Shown here piece after piece: positions 12,701 to 25,896 of a stretch of DNA of 64,000 bases. Below the pieces are notes generated by a model. It saw nothing but the letters and a program-made list of their open reading frames with translations. It did no database searches and was not told where the DNA came from. Within the stretch, counting starts at the first letter, position 1. Each line of letters starts with the position of its first letter. The position numbers and the translations under genes are program-made. Origin of the DNA: Eledone cirrhosa (taxonomy: Eukaryota); contig OZ024742.1 in NCBI GenBank assembly GCA_964016885.1, forward strand, positions 62,062,001 to 62,126,000, in the 5' to 3' direction.

Positions 12701-12925
12701 ATATATATATATATGTATATATATATATAGCTTTTAAGCTATTTTGTAGTATCTCTGTTCGGGAACACACCACTTATATTAAATTTATCTCCCTGGAGCT
12801 TTGTAAAAGTCTGAGAGATTGGCTACATATATGTTTTATATATATATTTTTTTTTTGTTTAGATGGAAGACAAAACAAAGAAGATGAATACAAAGATGAA
12901 GAAGAGAAAGATAAAGATGAAGAAC

Positions 12926-15120
12926 CTCACTGCACCGCACTGCACAATACCGCACTGCACAACACCACACTGCACCGCACCGCACTGCACCACACCACAT
13001 CGCAGTGCACCGCACCACACCACATAAAAACATACAACACTACACCACACTACTCCACACCACATAACACCAAACATTACCCCAACCCTAAAACTAAACC
13101 CTAAACTTTACCCCAACCCTAAAACTAAACCCTAAACATTACCCCAACCCTAAACCTAACCCAGGGAAATAAGTTGATTGGAAGCATCTAGGAGGTCAGA
13201 TTAATTAATAGCACAGGAAATAGCACAGGAAATAGCATAGGAAATAGCACAGAAAATAGCACAGGAAATATACCGAAAGGATTAAGTCCCACAACATGTG
13301 AGTGGGGTGTAGATCTGCAAAACTCTTCCCCTCTCCCTCTCCTCTTTCTCCAAAGCTAGTTGTTTTTGACTGGTTTGGAAGTCATATTCACTGATAACGC
13401 ATGAAAATAGAATCAAAGAGAAAATTCCGAGTAAGCAGGGGTTATCCGGGTGAAGGGGGAACGACCTCACTCCGCCGTTTTCCTGGGGGGAAAAAGTCAG
13501 TTTCAAGCATCTTGGAGATTGGATTAGTTGATAGCACATGAAAAATAGGATGAAAAAATTTCACATCACATCACACCACATCAAATCACTCCGCACGCCA
13601 TCACATCACACCACGCCACGCCACATCATATCACATCACACCACATGCTACCACACTACATCCCACCACACTCCACTACACTATATCCCCCACCCTACAT
13701 TGAACCACACTCCCCTCCACCACACTCCACTACACCACACCACTGTCCACTACACTAAACCACACTCCACTACACTACACCACACCACTGTCCACTACAC
13801 TAAACCACACCACACTACACCACACCACACCACTGTCTATTCGACTGTTTTCTATTTCGTAGGTATGTCCAGTTACAGTAAGAGAAAGAAAGTTATTTCA
13901 AAGATCTGAGTAAGTAAACACTTCATTGACCATCATTTTAAGCAGAATCTCAGTGTAGTTTTAAATTGACCTTTTCATATGATTACACCTCAGTCTGAAC
14001 TTAATCACCTGTAGATGGATGCTACATGTAATGTTAAAATTAGTTAAACACTGTTTCCCCCTTCTCATCACATGTGGATACTACATGTGTATTGTTAACA
14101 TTAATCTAACGTTGTCTCCCCCCCCCGCCTCACCATATCATACCACACCACATCACACCATGTTGTACCACACCAGACCACATAACACCATGCTATACCA
14201 TATATATATATGAGCTCCCCACTCGTTATATTAACTGTATCTCCTCGGTGTTTCGTGAAAGTCTGAGAGATCAGCTATATATTTGTTTACAATTTTTTTT
14301 TAGATTTAGATGGAAAAGAAGAAAAAGACGACGAAGCAGACGACTAAAATGAAAATGACAACAAAGACAAAGAAGACACGGGAAACGAAGATGACGAAAA
14401 GAAGAAGAAAGTATGATCTCAGTTCAGTCTAAACCTAATGATTTATAGATATGATCTTAGTTCAGTCTTAACCTAATGACCTGTAGATACGATCTATTTA
14501 AGTTTAACTTAAACATTCAAAGATATTTGTATATACTTTTGTTGATGTTTGACATTGTTTTTTAGTTATGAAATAGCTTATAAGCTACATTATAGGATCA
14601 CAGTGCATGAGCACACTGCTCTTTAAATTAACTTTATCTCCTCAGCACTTTCTAAAGTCTGAGAGATAGGCAACATATATGTTTTACATTCTTTGTTTTT
14701 GGTATTTAGATGGCAGAGGAGAAGATAAAGGCACAGAAGAAGTCAAAGGCACAGAAGAAGTCAAAGGCACAGAAGCAGTCAAAGGCACAGAAGCAGTCAA
14801 AGGCACAGAAGAAGACAAAGAAAATGAACAAGAAGAACAATTATTATTACTATTATTATTGTTATTATTGTTATTATTGTTATTATTATTATTTGTATTA
14901 TTATAATCAAACTAAGCCACACTACATCAACCTATACCATACCACACCACACTGACAAACATTATACCATACCACATTATCCAACACCACACTACGAAAC
15001 ACTGTACGACCTCACATCAGACCATGCTATGAAACAATATACCATACTACACTATACAACAATAGACAACACCACACAAGACTATGAAACACTATAGTTT
15101 ACCACACTATATCACACCAC
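12926..15120. repeat. Interspersed pentamer tracts (CACCA/CACTA/CACTG) and a telomere-like (CCCTAA-derived) patch at ~13078-13162
   Basis: Directly visible simple repeats separated by unique and triplicated segments. Confidence 0.8.
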
Positions 15121-15164
15121 TCAAGTTAGAGAGGATCAACTTCTTTCCTGGAAAGTAAAAAAAC

Positions 15165-18100
15165 CTAACTTTAAGCTAAAACCAAACTTTAAAAATAACA
15201 CTTACCCTAACACTTGCACTCACACATGCTCTAACAGTGAACTTAGCGCTAACATGAAAACTAATACAAACACAAAATCTGAAAACTAACATTAAATAGA
15301 AAACTAACACAAACACTAACACTAAAACTGACACTAACACTAACCTGAACACCAGCACTAAAACTAACACTACCGTAAACACTAATACAAACACTAACAC
15401 TAACCTGAACACTTACACTAAAACTAACATTAGCACAAACATTAGCCTGAACACTAGCACTAAAACTAACACTACCATAAACACTAACACTGACCTGAGC
15501 ACTAACACTAAAAGTAACACTAACACAAACACTAATCTGAAAACTGATACTAACCAGAAAACTAAGCTAACATTAACTTCAACACTAAAACAAACGCTAA
15601 CGCTAACAGAGATACTAACACAAAACAAACACTAACGCAATCTCTAACACTAACCTCAACACTAAAACTAACATTAACTTGAACACTAACTCTAACCTGA
15701 AAACTAAGCTAACATTAACCTGAACACTATCATAAACACTAATGCTAACACTAACAGAAATACTAATGCTAACATTAACACAAAAACAAAGACTAACGCT
15801 AACACAATCACTAACACTAATGGAAACATCAAACACTAATGCTAACAGAGATACTAACACAAATATTAACACAAAAACAAATACTAACACTAACACAATC
15901 TCTAACACTAACCTTAACACTAAAACTAACATTAACTTGAACACTAACACTAACCTGAACACTTACACTAAAACTAACATTAACCTGAACACTAACACTA
16001 ACAGGGATACTAACACAAATATTCACACGAAAACAAACACTAACACAATCTCTAACACTAAAACTAACATTAACTTGAACACTAACACAAACACTCATGC
16101 TAACACTAACAGAAATACTAATGCTAACATTAACACAAAAACAAAGACTAACGCTAACACAATCACTAACACTAATGGAAACATCAATCACTAATGCTAA
16201 CAGAGATACTAACACAAATATTAACACAAAAGCAAACACTAACACAATCTCTAACACTAACCTTAACACTAAAACTAACATTAACACTAACATAACTTGA
16301 ACACTAACACTAACCTGAACACTTACACTAAAACTAACATTAACCTAAACACTAGCACTAAAACTAACACTACAATAAACAGTAACAAAAACACTAACAC
16401 TGATCTGAGCACTAACAGTAACACTAACACTACCATAAAAACTAACACTAAAAAAAACACTAACACTAACCTGAACACTAACACTAAAACTAACACGAAA
16501 ACTGATACTAACCAGAAAACTAAGCTAACATTAACCTCAACACTAAAACAAACACTAACATTAACAGAAAAACAAAGACTAGCACTAACACTAATGGAAA
16601 CACTAACACAAACATTAACACAAAATAAAACACTAACACTACCGTAAACACTAACACTAAAACTGACATTAACACGAACATTAACCTGAACACTAACACT
16701 ACCACTAAAACTAACACTACCATAAACCACTAACCTGAGCACTAACACTAAAAGTAACATGAGCCCTAACCTGAAAACTAACACTAACCAGAAAACTAAG
16801 TCAACATTAACCTGAACACTAACACTAACACTAACAAAAATGCTAACACTAACACTAACAAAAATGCTAACACTAATACAAAATCAAACACTAACACGAA
16901 CACTAATGGAAACACTAACGCCAAAGCTGACACTGACGAAGATGGCTATGCAGGCACAAACGCTAGCGCAAATGTTGACACAATCGCTTACGCTGACACA
17001 AACACTAACGTGAATACTGATGCAGGTGCAAAGGCGAATGCTGACAAAGACTCTGACGCACACGCTGATGTAAATGCTACACAGACTCTAACGCTGACGT
17101 GGACACTGACACAAATGCTCACGCTGATGCAAACACTAAAGCAAATGCAGACACTAATGCAAACACAGAAGTAAATGTTGATGCAGATGTTAAAGCAAAC
17201 GCAAATGATGACAGCGATGTTAATGTGAACCTTAACGCAGACGTAAACATTGACGTAGAAGCTAAAGGAAACACTGATGCAAACACTAATGAAAATGCTG
17301 ACGCAGACGCTGACACAGACGCTAACACACGTTAACACAGATGCTAACGTAAACACTGACGCAGATGCTAATATAAACACTGACGCAGACGCTAACATAA
17401 ACGCTGACACAGATGCTAACACACGTTGACACAGACGCTAACGTAAACGATGACGTAGAAGCTAACGTAAACGCAGACACAGACGCATATGTAAACGCTG
17501 ACGCTGATGTAGATGTAAATACAGACACTGACGTAGAAGCTAACACAAACGCTGACACAGACACTAATGTAAGCGCTGACGTAGAAGCTAATGTAGATGC
17601 TGATGTAGAAGCTAATGTAAACGCTGATGTAGAAGCTAACAAAACGCTGGCGTAGTTGTTAATGTAGAATCAGGCGTAGAAATTAGCGTTTACCCTTACC
17701 GCTGAAGCTGATCTCCAAAACGCAATTGCTGATGCGGATTGCTGAAGCCAAAGCCAAGCTAACGCTGACGCAAATGTTGAGGCAGTTTTGCCAGCGCTGA
17801 CGTGTATGCTGACGCTAACGCAAATGCTGATGCGGACGCTAGGGCTAAGGCTAACGCTGACGCAAATGCTGAAGTTAATGCTGACATGAGATATGCAGAC
17901 GCTACAATGATGCGGACGCCACAGGAAAGGTTAATGGAAACGCTAATGCTAACGGAAAACGCTGACGTAGACGTTACGGAAACGCTGACGTAGAAGCTAC
18001 GTAAACGCTGACACAGACGCTAATGTAAACACTGAAACGCTGACGCTGATGTAGATGTAAATACTGACACTGACACAGACGCGGTCCGAAACACTGATGT

Positions 18101-18730
18101 AGAAGCTAACGGAAATGCTGACGTAGAAGCTAACGGAAATGCTGACAAAGACGTTAAAGGAAACGCTGTCGCAAACGCTAATGCTAATGTGAATGCTGAT
18201 GCAGATGCTGACGCAAATGCTAACCCCTACACAAATGCAAACGCTGACGCTAACACTGACTCAAACACTAATGCAAACGCTGACACTGAGGGAAATGCTG
18301 ACACTGACACAAGTGCTGACGCGGATGCTAATGATAATGCTGACTCAGAAGCTGACGTAGACGCAGGCACTGAAACAAACACTAATGCTAACACTAATGT
18401 TGACTCAGACGCTAAGGGAAATGCTAACACAATCACTATCACCAATGCAGACGCTGACGCAAATGCTGACATAGATGCTGACACTTACGCAAACACTAAC
18501 GCAGATGCTAACACCAGTCTACATAGACACAAACACAAAAGCTTACATAGACGCTTATGCAAATGCTAACACTGATGCAGACAGTAACGCAAACAGTAAC
18601 TGTAAGAGTAACAGTTACAGTAACACTAACAGTGACAGTAATGCTAACAGTAACACAGTCTCTAACAATAAACTTACCATTAACAGTAAAACTTACCCTA
18701 ACACTAACCCTAAATCTAACATTAATCCAG
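15165..18730. repeat. Degenerate hexamer satellite (ACTAAC/ACACTA grading into GCTGAC/GACGCT)
   Basis: Continuous 6-nt periodicity with higher-order duplications; translations are (TN)n, (LV)n and (AD)n. Confidence 0.9.
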
Positions 18731-19259
18731 AGAAAAAAGTCGATTGCAATCACATTTAAGGTCACTCTTTAAGATATAGAAGATAGGCATTACATTTTAA
18801 TGATTTTAATTTAAAGAGAATCACGCTATACGATGCAACACAATAACACACCACACTAACCTACACTACACCAAACCAGATTATACCATACTTTGGTAAA
18901 TTTATGATAGGTTTCCATGTTATAACTACACCAAACTAAACCATACCAAACTACACCAAACCAAACCATACCATAACAAACTACACCATACTACATCACA
19001 CCATGCTATTGAACTCAGTGTGAAAAATTTTCTTCCTGCTTTTTTTGTCTTTTTTTTGTGTGTGCTTACCACCCAATCTGACATTAAAAGTGTTCGCAAT
19101 TAACTATTTTTTGCACATATTATCAATGAAGACTTTGAAACCTATTGAAAATAACTAGCTTTGTAGAAAAAAGAGGGCAGAAAGTGGGTGGAAATACCAT
19201 TCACAAAGCTTGTCATTTTTGATTGCAGTGAAAGTCATATTTGTTGTTAATATGGTAAT

Positions 19260-19495
19260 GGAAGCACATGGCTTAGTGGTTAGAGCATTGGCCTTGCAAT
19301 CGAGAGGTTGTGAGTTCAATTCTCAGACCAGGTGGTGTGTTGTTTCCTTGAGCAAGACACTTTATTTCACATTGCTCCAGTTTACTCAGCTGTAGAATTG
19401 AGATGATAGGGACTGGTGTCCCTATCATTCCACTGCAAAGTGGTCGTGTAGGTGCCAAGCAGGGAAAAGTGGACGTAAAATGATGATGATGATGG
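19260..19495 (+). mobile_element. tRNA-derived SINE (family A: CORE-like centre, RTE-like tail), internally deleted
   Basis: A box tggcttagtgg, B box gagttcaattc, central ccttgagcaagacacttt, (GAT)n tail and TSD atggtaa. Confidence 0.85.
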
Positions 19496-20892
19496 TAAAA
19501 GCATAGTCGGCTGTGAGCATGTTGGAGGTTGGAAAACCATACCACATTAAACTACATCAAACTACACCATACCAAACTACACCATACTACATCACACCAT
19601 GCTATTAATCTCAGTGAGAACATTTTTCTTCCTGTTTTTTTTTTCTGTGTGTGTGTGTGCTTACCACCCAATCTGACATTAAAGGTGCTCCCAATTGACT
19701 ATTTTTTTTCCACTTATCAATAATTATGACATGGAAACCTGTCGAAAATGACTATCTTTGTAGAAACTTCACCAAACCACACCATACTACATCACACCAA
19801 GCTATTGATTTTGGTGTGACACATTTTCATCCGGCAATTTTTTTTTTTTTTTTTTTTTTTTGTACTTACCACCCAATTTAACATAAATGGTGCTCGCAAA
19901 TTACTATTTTATGCACATATTATCAATGGTTATGACATGGAAACCTGATGAAAATGACTAGCTTTGTAGAAAAAAGAGGGAGGATGTGGGTGGAAATACA
20001 ATTTACAAAGCTAGTCATTTTTTATTGCAGCGGAAGTCATATTTTTTGTTAATATGCTAAAAGCATAGTCCACTGCGAGCATCTTGGAAGTTGATAGCAC
20101 ATGCAAAAATGAAGGAAAATTTTTTTTATAACATAAATCAAAGTGGAAATTTAAATCCTCACTTATAACAATGTACACCACAGCGCATTAATCTACCCCA
20201 ATCCACACCATAAATTCACCATAACCATACTTCACTATATGGTAAATTTATTACAGAACACCTACTCCTACCATTTACATCACACCATCGTACGGAGATC
20301 AATGTGACAAATTTGCTACCTGCTTTTTATTTTTTTTGTGGTTACCACCTCAAACTAACATCAAAGGTGCTTGCAAATGACTATTTCCCCACACATAATC
20401 AATGAATATGACATGGGAATCTATCGTTTACAATTGGTTTCCATTTCATAACTTCACCAAACCAAACCAAACCACACCATACCAAGTTACACCATACTAC
20501 ATCGCACCAAGCTATTGATCTTGGTGTGAACATTTTTTTTCCCATTTCCTTTTTTTTTTCTGTGTGCTTACCACCCAATCTGACATTAAAGGTGCTCCCA
20601 ATTTACTTTTTTTTTTTCACATATCAATAATTATGACATGGAAACCTGTCGAAAATGACTATCTTTGTAGAAACTTCACCAAACCACACCATACTACATC
20701 ACACCAAGCTATTGATTTTGGTGTGACAAATTTTCATTTGGCATTTTTTTTTTTTTTTTTTTTTTTTTGTGCTTACCACCCAATTTGACATAAATGGTGC
20801 TTGCAAATTACTATTTTATGCACATATTATCAATGGTTATGACATGGAAACCTGATGAAAATGACTAGCTTTGTAGAAAAAAGAGGGAGGAT

Positions 20893-21218
20893 CATCATTC
20901 ATCATCATCATTTCATTTTACGTCCACTTTTCCCTGCTTGCAAGGGTGAGACGGGAGCTGATTCTGGCTTGATTTCTACAGCTGGATGCCCTTCCTAACA
21001 CCAACCTCATTTACAGTGAGTGCTGGGTGCTTTTTTGCCATGGCACCTCCACGACCACTTTGCAGTCCCTATCATCTCATTTCTACAGCTGAGTAAACTG
21101 GAACAATGTGAAATAAAGTGTCTTGCTCAAGGAAACAACACATCACCCGGTCTGAGAATTGAACTCACAACCTTTCGATTGCAAGGCCAATGCTCTAACC
21201 ACTAAGCCATGTGCCTCC
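20893..21218 (-). mobile_element. SINE family A
   Basis: Reverse complement of the family A head and tail. TSD aggat, with the empty site visible in the sister unit at ~19975. Confidence 0.85.
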
Positions 21219-21851
21219 AGGATGTGGTTGGAAATACCATTTACAAAGCTAGTCATTTTTTTATTGAAGCAGAAGTCATATGTTTTGTTAATATGCTAAA
21301 AGCATAGTCCACTGCGAGCTTCTTGGAAGTTGATAGCACATACAAAAATGAAGGAAAAATTTTTTTCTAACATAAATCAAAGTGGAAATTTAAATCCTCA
21401 CTTATAACAAAGCACACCACAGCACATTAATCTACGCCAATCCACACCATATCCATACTTCACCATATGGTAAATTTATTACAGAACACCTACTCCTACC
21501 ATTTACATCACACCAATGCTCGCAGTTGACTATTTTTTTCACATATTATGAATGAATATAACTTTGAAACCTATCGTTAATGAAGGCAGAAAGTGGGTGG
21601 AAAAACCATTCAAAAAGCTAGTCATTTTTAATTGCAGTGGAAATCATATTTGTTGTTAATATGCTAAAAAAATAGTCAATTGCAAGCATTTTGGAGGTCG
21701 GATTAGTTGATAGGACATAAAAAAACAAAGGAAAACAAATATTGTCTATATGTTCCTGTGGAAAGTCAGGTCTTCTGTATAATTGTGTGACGCCAGAGGT
21801 CATGGTCGTGTGACATTGCCCTTGAGAGGTGCAATTGGGAAAGGCCGGCTT

Positions 21852-22416
21852 AGAAATATTTACTTCTGCGTTCACACATTGATTTTTTTTAGTTTCAGAA
21901 GATCCCATTAAGGGTGAAAGCAGCCGATTCTTTGCTTAAACTTTAATCTGTTATTTTAATAAATATTTGCTCTACGGTTCTTATATATTTGATATATATT
22001 TATCCTTATCGAGCCCTCTTTGGATGTTAGTCTTCAAATTTATTATTACTATTTGGCTCCCTTGACTGAGTACTCTATTGACTTATATTCATCATGCAGA
22101 AACATCTGAATATTTCTACAAAGAACATACCCGTAACAAGCAGGAAGAAATACCTAAAACTACGTCTCCACGAACCAAAGTATCGCCTTCCTGTCTTCCT
22201 TCGGTTGCAACGTTTTTCGAAATATTTACTTCTGCGTTCACAGATTGATTTTTTTTTAGTTTCAGAAGATCCCATTAAGAGTGAAAGCAGCCGATTCTTT
22301 GCTTAAACTTTAATCTGTTATTTTAATAAATATTTGCTCTACGGTTCTTATATAATTGATATATATTTATCCCAATCGAGCCCTCTTTGGATTTTAGTCT
22401 TCATATGTATTATTAT

Positions 22417-22420
<4 letters not shown>
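21852..22420 (+). mobile_element. PLE-like partial tandem (two ~195-bp direct repeats with hammerhead folds) ending in (TA)n
   Basis: Direct repeats at ~21853-22050 and ~22219-22420, each with a hammerhead-like fold. The ctgagtact motif follows copy 1. Confidence 0.6.
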
Positions 22421-22476
<56 letters not shown>

Positions 22477-22544
22477 ATATTAGTTTATATATGCGTGTGT
22501 GTATATATTAGTTTATATATATGTGTGTATATATATATATACAT

Positions 22545-22905
22545 ATTGAGAGCATTGGCCTTGCAATCGAAAGGTTGTGAGTTCAATTCTCACACCGGGT
22601 GATGTGTTGTTTCCTTGAGCAAGACACTTTATTTCACATTGCTCCAGTTTACTCAGCTGTAGAAATGAGATGATAGGACTGGGGTCCCTATCATTCCACT
22701 GCAAAGTGGAGGTGCCATGGCAAAAAAGCACCCAGCCTACACTGTAAAGTGGATGTGGAGGTGCCACGGGAAAAAAGCACCCCAGCACTGTAAATGAGGT
22801 TGGTGTTAGGAAGGGCATCCAGCTGTAGAAATCAAGCCATAATCAGTTCCCATCCCACCCTTGCAAGCAGGGAAAAAGTGGACGTAAAATGAAATGATGA
22901 TGAAT
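22545..22905 (+). mobile_element. SINE family A (5'-clipped)
   Basis: Same B box, centre and taggaagggcatccagctgtagaaa...gatgatga tail. Confidence 0.85.
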
Positions 22906-23280
22906 GCTCCCAGCTGTGGTCACCCCATAGTATCAAACTAACCATGGAGCTTGAAGCAATCCAATGAAGCTACACCAAGAAGGTTGCCACGATGAAGGAG
23001 ATAAACTACTGGGAGAGTCTAAAAGAACTGAAACTCTACTCCTCGGAATGAAGATGGGAGAGATATGCAATGATATACATAATCATCTTTCATCTTAATA
23101 ATCATCTTTCATCTTAATACATATGGAAAATCCTGCGGGGACTAAGACCAAGCTTTCACATTGAGAGCTGGACCAATTCTCGAACAGTACGTCACTGTGT
23201 GGTACCAAAGGTCCCGTCTTCCACATCTAGAATCAGGAGCAGCTATTGCAATAGCCTGGGGTTCAAAGGCCCTCAACTTG
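22906..23280 (+). mobile_element. Decayed LINE 3' fragment (CR1/L2-group)
   Basis: Broken frame resembling MKEINYWERLKELKLYS..RRWERYAMIYIWKILRG. Confidence 0.55.
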
Positions 23281-23351
23281 GTTTTCAAAATTTAAATTTG
23301 TGTTTCCTATTCATCAATGCTTCAAGTAAGCTATAAAACTCTGTTATATTC

Positions 23352-23735
23352 CATCATCATCATTTTATGTCAGTTCTTCTACGCTAGCATGGGTTGTCCT
23401 GTTGTGGGCAGTGTCCGGTCGGCTGACCTTGTCTTGCTCATACAGGAACTGGTTCTGTCTTGATTTCTACAGTTGGATGCCCTTCCTAACACCAACCTCA
23501 TTTACAGTGAGTGCTGGGTGTTTTTTTTTTTTGCCGTGGCACCTCCACGACCACTTTGCAGTGGAATGATAGGGACTCCAGTCCTCTCATCTCATTTCTA
23601 CAGCTGAGTAAACTGGAGCAATGTGAAATAAAGTGTCTTGCTCAAGGAAACAACACATATCACCCGGTCCGAGAATTAAACTCACAACCTTTCAATTGCA
23701 AGCCCAATGATCTAACCACTGAACCATGTGCCTTC
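23352..23735 (-). mobile_element. SINE family A
   Basis: Reverse-complement head (ctaaccactgaaccatgtgcc), centre and (ATC)n tail. Confidence 0.8.
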
Positions 23736-24129
23736 TATTGTTGGCAATGTTAGGTCAGGTGACCATGTCTTGATCATAAAGAACTGATTTTGGCTTGGTT
23801 TCTACAGCTGGATGCCCTTCCTAATGCCAAGCTCATTTACAGTGAGTACTGGGTGTTTTTTGTTGTGATTCCTCCACGACTACTTTACAGTGTGGACTGG
23901 GTGTTTTTTACCGTGTCACCATCACGACCACTTTACAGTGTCTCGGCCTGTTCTCATGAAAGATATATTGGCGGGTGGGATGGAGTGGTGCATACTGTAT
24001 GTATGTTTCAGCCTTGGCCTGGGCTCGTGGGAAGTTGGGGTTTCTGTATTACCTCATAACGCCAGAGATATTGGTCCTGTGTCATTGCCTTTCAGAGGTG
24101 CAATTGGGCAAGGTCGGCTTTTATCACTT

Positions 24130-25896
24130 CACACCTCTATTTCCATCAACCTCCGAGATATTGCCGCCGCCCAACAGGAGTTCCTCAAACTCCGAAATCC
24201 TCCATTTTCTTCTTTCTTGTCTTTCAAACTCTCTCCTCTACCTTTTTTTTCCTGGTCGTATTTGGAGTGATGTATCTACGGGTCATGAACGCCCTCACGT
24301 ACCTCTAAAACATCGACGTTCGGTTTTTTCTGCTCTGCACAACCTATCGCATCTTGGTGCCAACTCCACCCTGAAGTTAATAACAGCTCGGTTTGTCTGG
24401 GTTGGTGTGAACAAGGATGTCAGAAGGCAAAAATTCACCACCATGTCAGAACTCCCCTTGGAACCTTTGCAACATCAGATGTGTGTTTAGCAGAAAAATA
24501 ATATTATGCCTACATGGCATAATATTAATAAGAAAGAATATATGTTATTGTTGTTGTTTGTTATAGTGAGAAATGTAATGTTTGTTAAGTGAGAGAGAGG
24601 CAAAGTTAGCCATACAGTGAATGTTTGTTGAAGTAGTTGTAGTTCATTGTAGGCTTTGTAGAAAATAATATTATGAGACTTTATAATATTTTACAAGCTT
24701 TATTTACAACTGACCACAGAAGTTAAGCTGGGTTGACAAGTCAAAGAAGAGAACAAACAAAATCAAGAGTTTTAAGGAGTAAAGAAAAAGCTCTGTGCCG
24801 GTCCAAAGGAAGCCGACAGGCCAAAGTGAAAATCTCACCGTCACATAATTGCGTGTTGACCTTTCAGAGTCCAAAGCAGCAAGAGAGAGATTTTTGAATC
24901 GCCGCGGGAATTTTTCCCTCTGGGTGGAAGTTGAGATACATTCTCCTACGCTGATAGCGATTGGCTGAACTGAGCCAAACAACGTACAGAGAATGTATCC
25001 ATGAGCCCTCGGAATGTAGTTCACTACATGTGTTTCCAACATGTGCACATCGACATCGTCGGACAACTGCCTCCTTATCAGTGTTGCACTCACCTTTTGA
25101 CCTGTGTGGACAGATTCTCCCTGTGACCTGAAGCAATTCCCGTCTGATACTTCAACTGAATTTATAGCAAAGCATTGGATTTCGCGTTATGGCACACCTA
25201 CCATCACAACGGACAGAGGAGGCCAGTTCGAATAGAACCTTTTTAACGAATTGACATGCCTCCTAGGTTGTAACCGAACATGTACAACAGCTTTTCATTC
25301 TGCAGTTAACGGTATGGTGGAACGATTCCATCGGAAATTAAAATCTGTTCTCAGAGCCTATGTCAACAACAGCAACTAGTTGGAAATCTTACCCCTCATC
25401 CTCATTGGAATTCGCTCCACTGTAAAAGAAGGGCTTGATTTTACGCCAGCTCAACTGGCTTATGGCACATTAGTAATATCCGGGCAAATGATTGCATCTG
25501 ATTCTCAACAAACCGCAGATCCAACGAACTACATCCATTACTCCTCGCCCTCAAGGTGTCTCTACTCAAGTTCCATCAGACATACAGCAATGGACGCAGG
25601 TTTTTGTGAGAAGGGACACTATCAGAGCTCCTTTACAACCACCATTACCTAGGCCCTACCAAGTACTCAAAAGGACACCCAAGCATTTCATTTTGGACAT
25701 TAATGGAAATAAGGATGCTGTCAGTGTCGACCGATTAAAAAAAGCCCATGTGGATTTGGAAGAAGCCTTAACATCAGACCAAGTTAACCCAACATCAACG
25801 CTCCCATACACCGGTAATTCTAACTCTATGCCAACAAGCGCCAGATCCGATCGACGGGTGTACTGGCCATCTCGCTATGCCCAATATTTCGAGTAA
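24130..25896 (+). mobile_element. Gypsy/Ty3 LTR retrotransposon integrase remnant (interrupted at 24489-25028)
   Basis: LHNLSHLG..TLKLITARFVW (Zn-binding region), FQHVHIDIVGQLP, ITTDRGGQFE, NGMVERFHRKLK and VFVRRD..LQP..PYQVL..VSVDRLK, with many stops and frameshifts. Confidence 0.88.

Larger units (their letters stand above)
18830..21730. repeat. Complex tandem duplication of 200-900-bp units
   Basis: Recurring blocks ccatactacatcacacca..gctattga, gtgcttaccacccaatctgacattaaaggtgctc and gaaaatgactagctttgtagaaa. Confidence 0.85.

Noticed and set aside
13078-13162. True telomere or chromosome end
   Set aside because: The patch is short, degenerate (CCCTAAA/CCCCAA mix) and internal.
19260-19335. 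tRNA gene (A/B boxes)
   Set aside because: It continues into a SINE body and tail, has no complete acceptor stem, and has many copies in the window.
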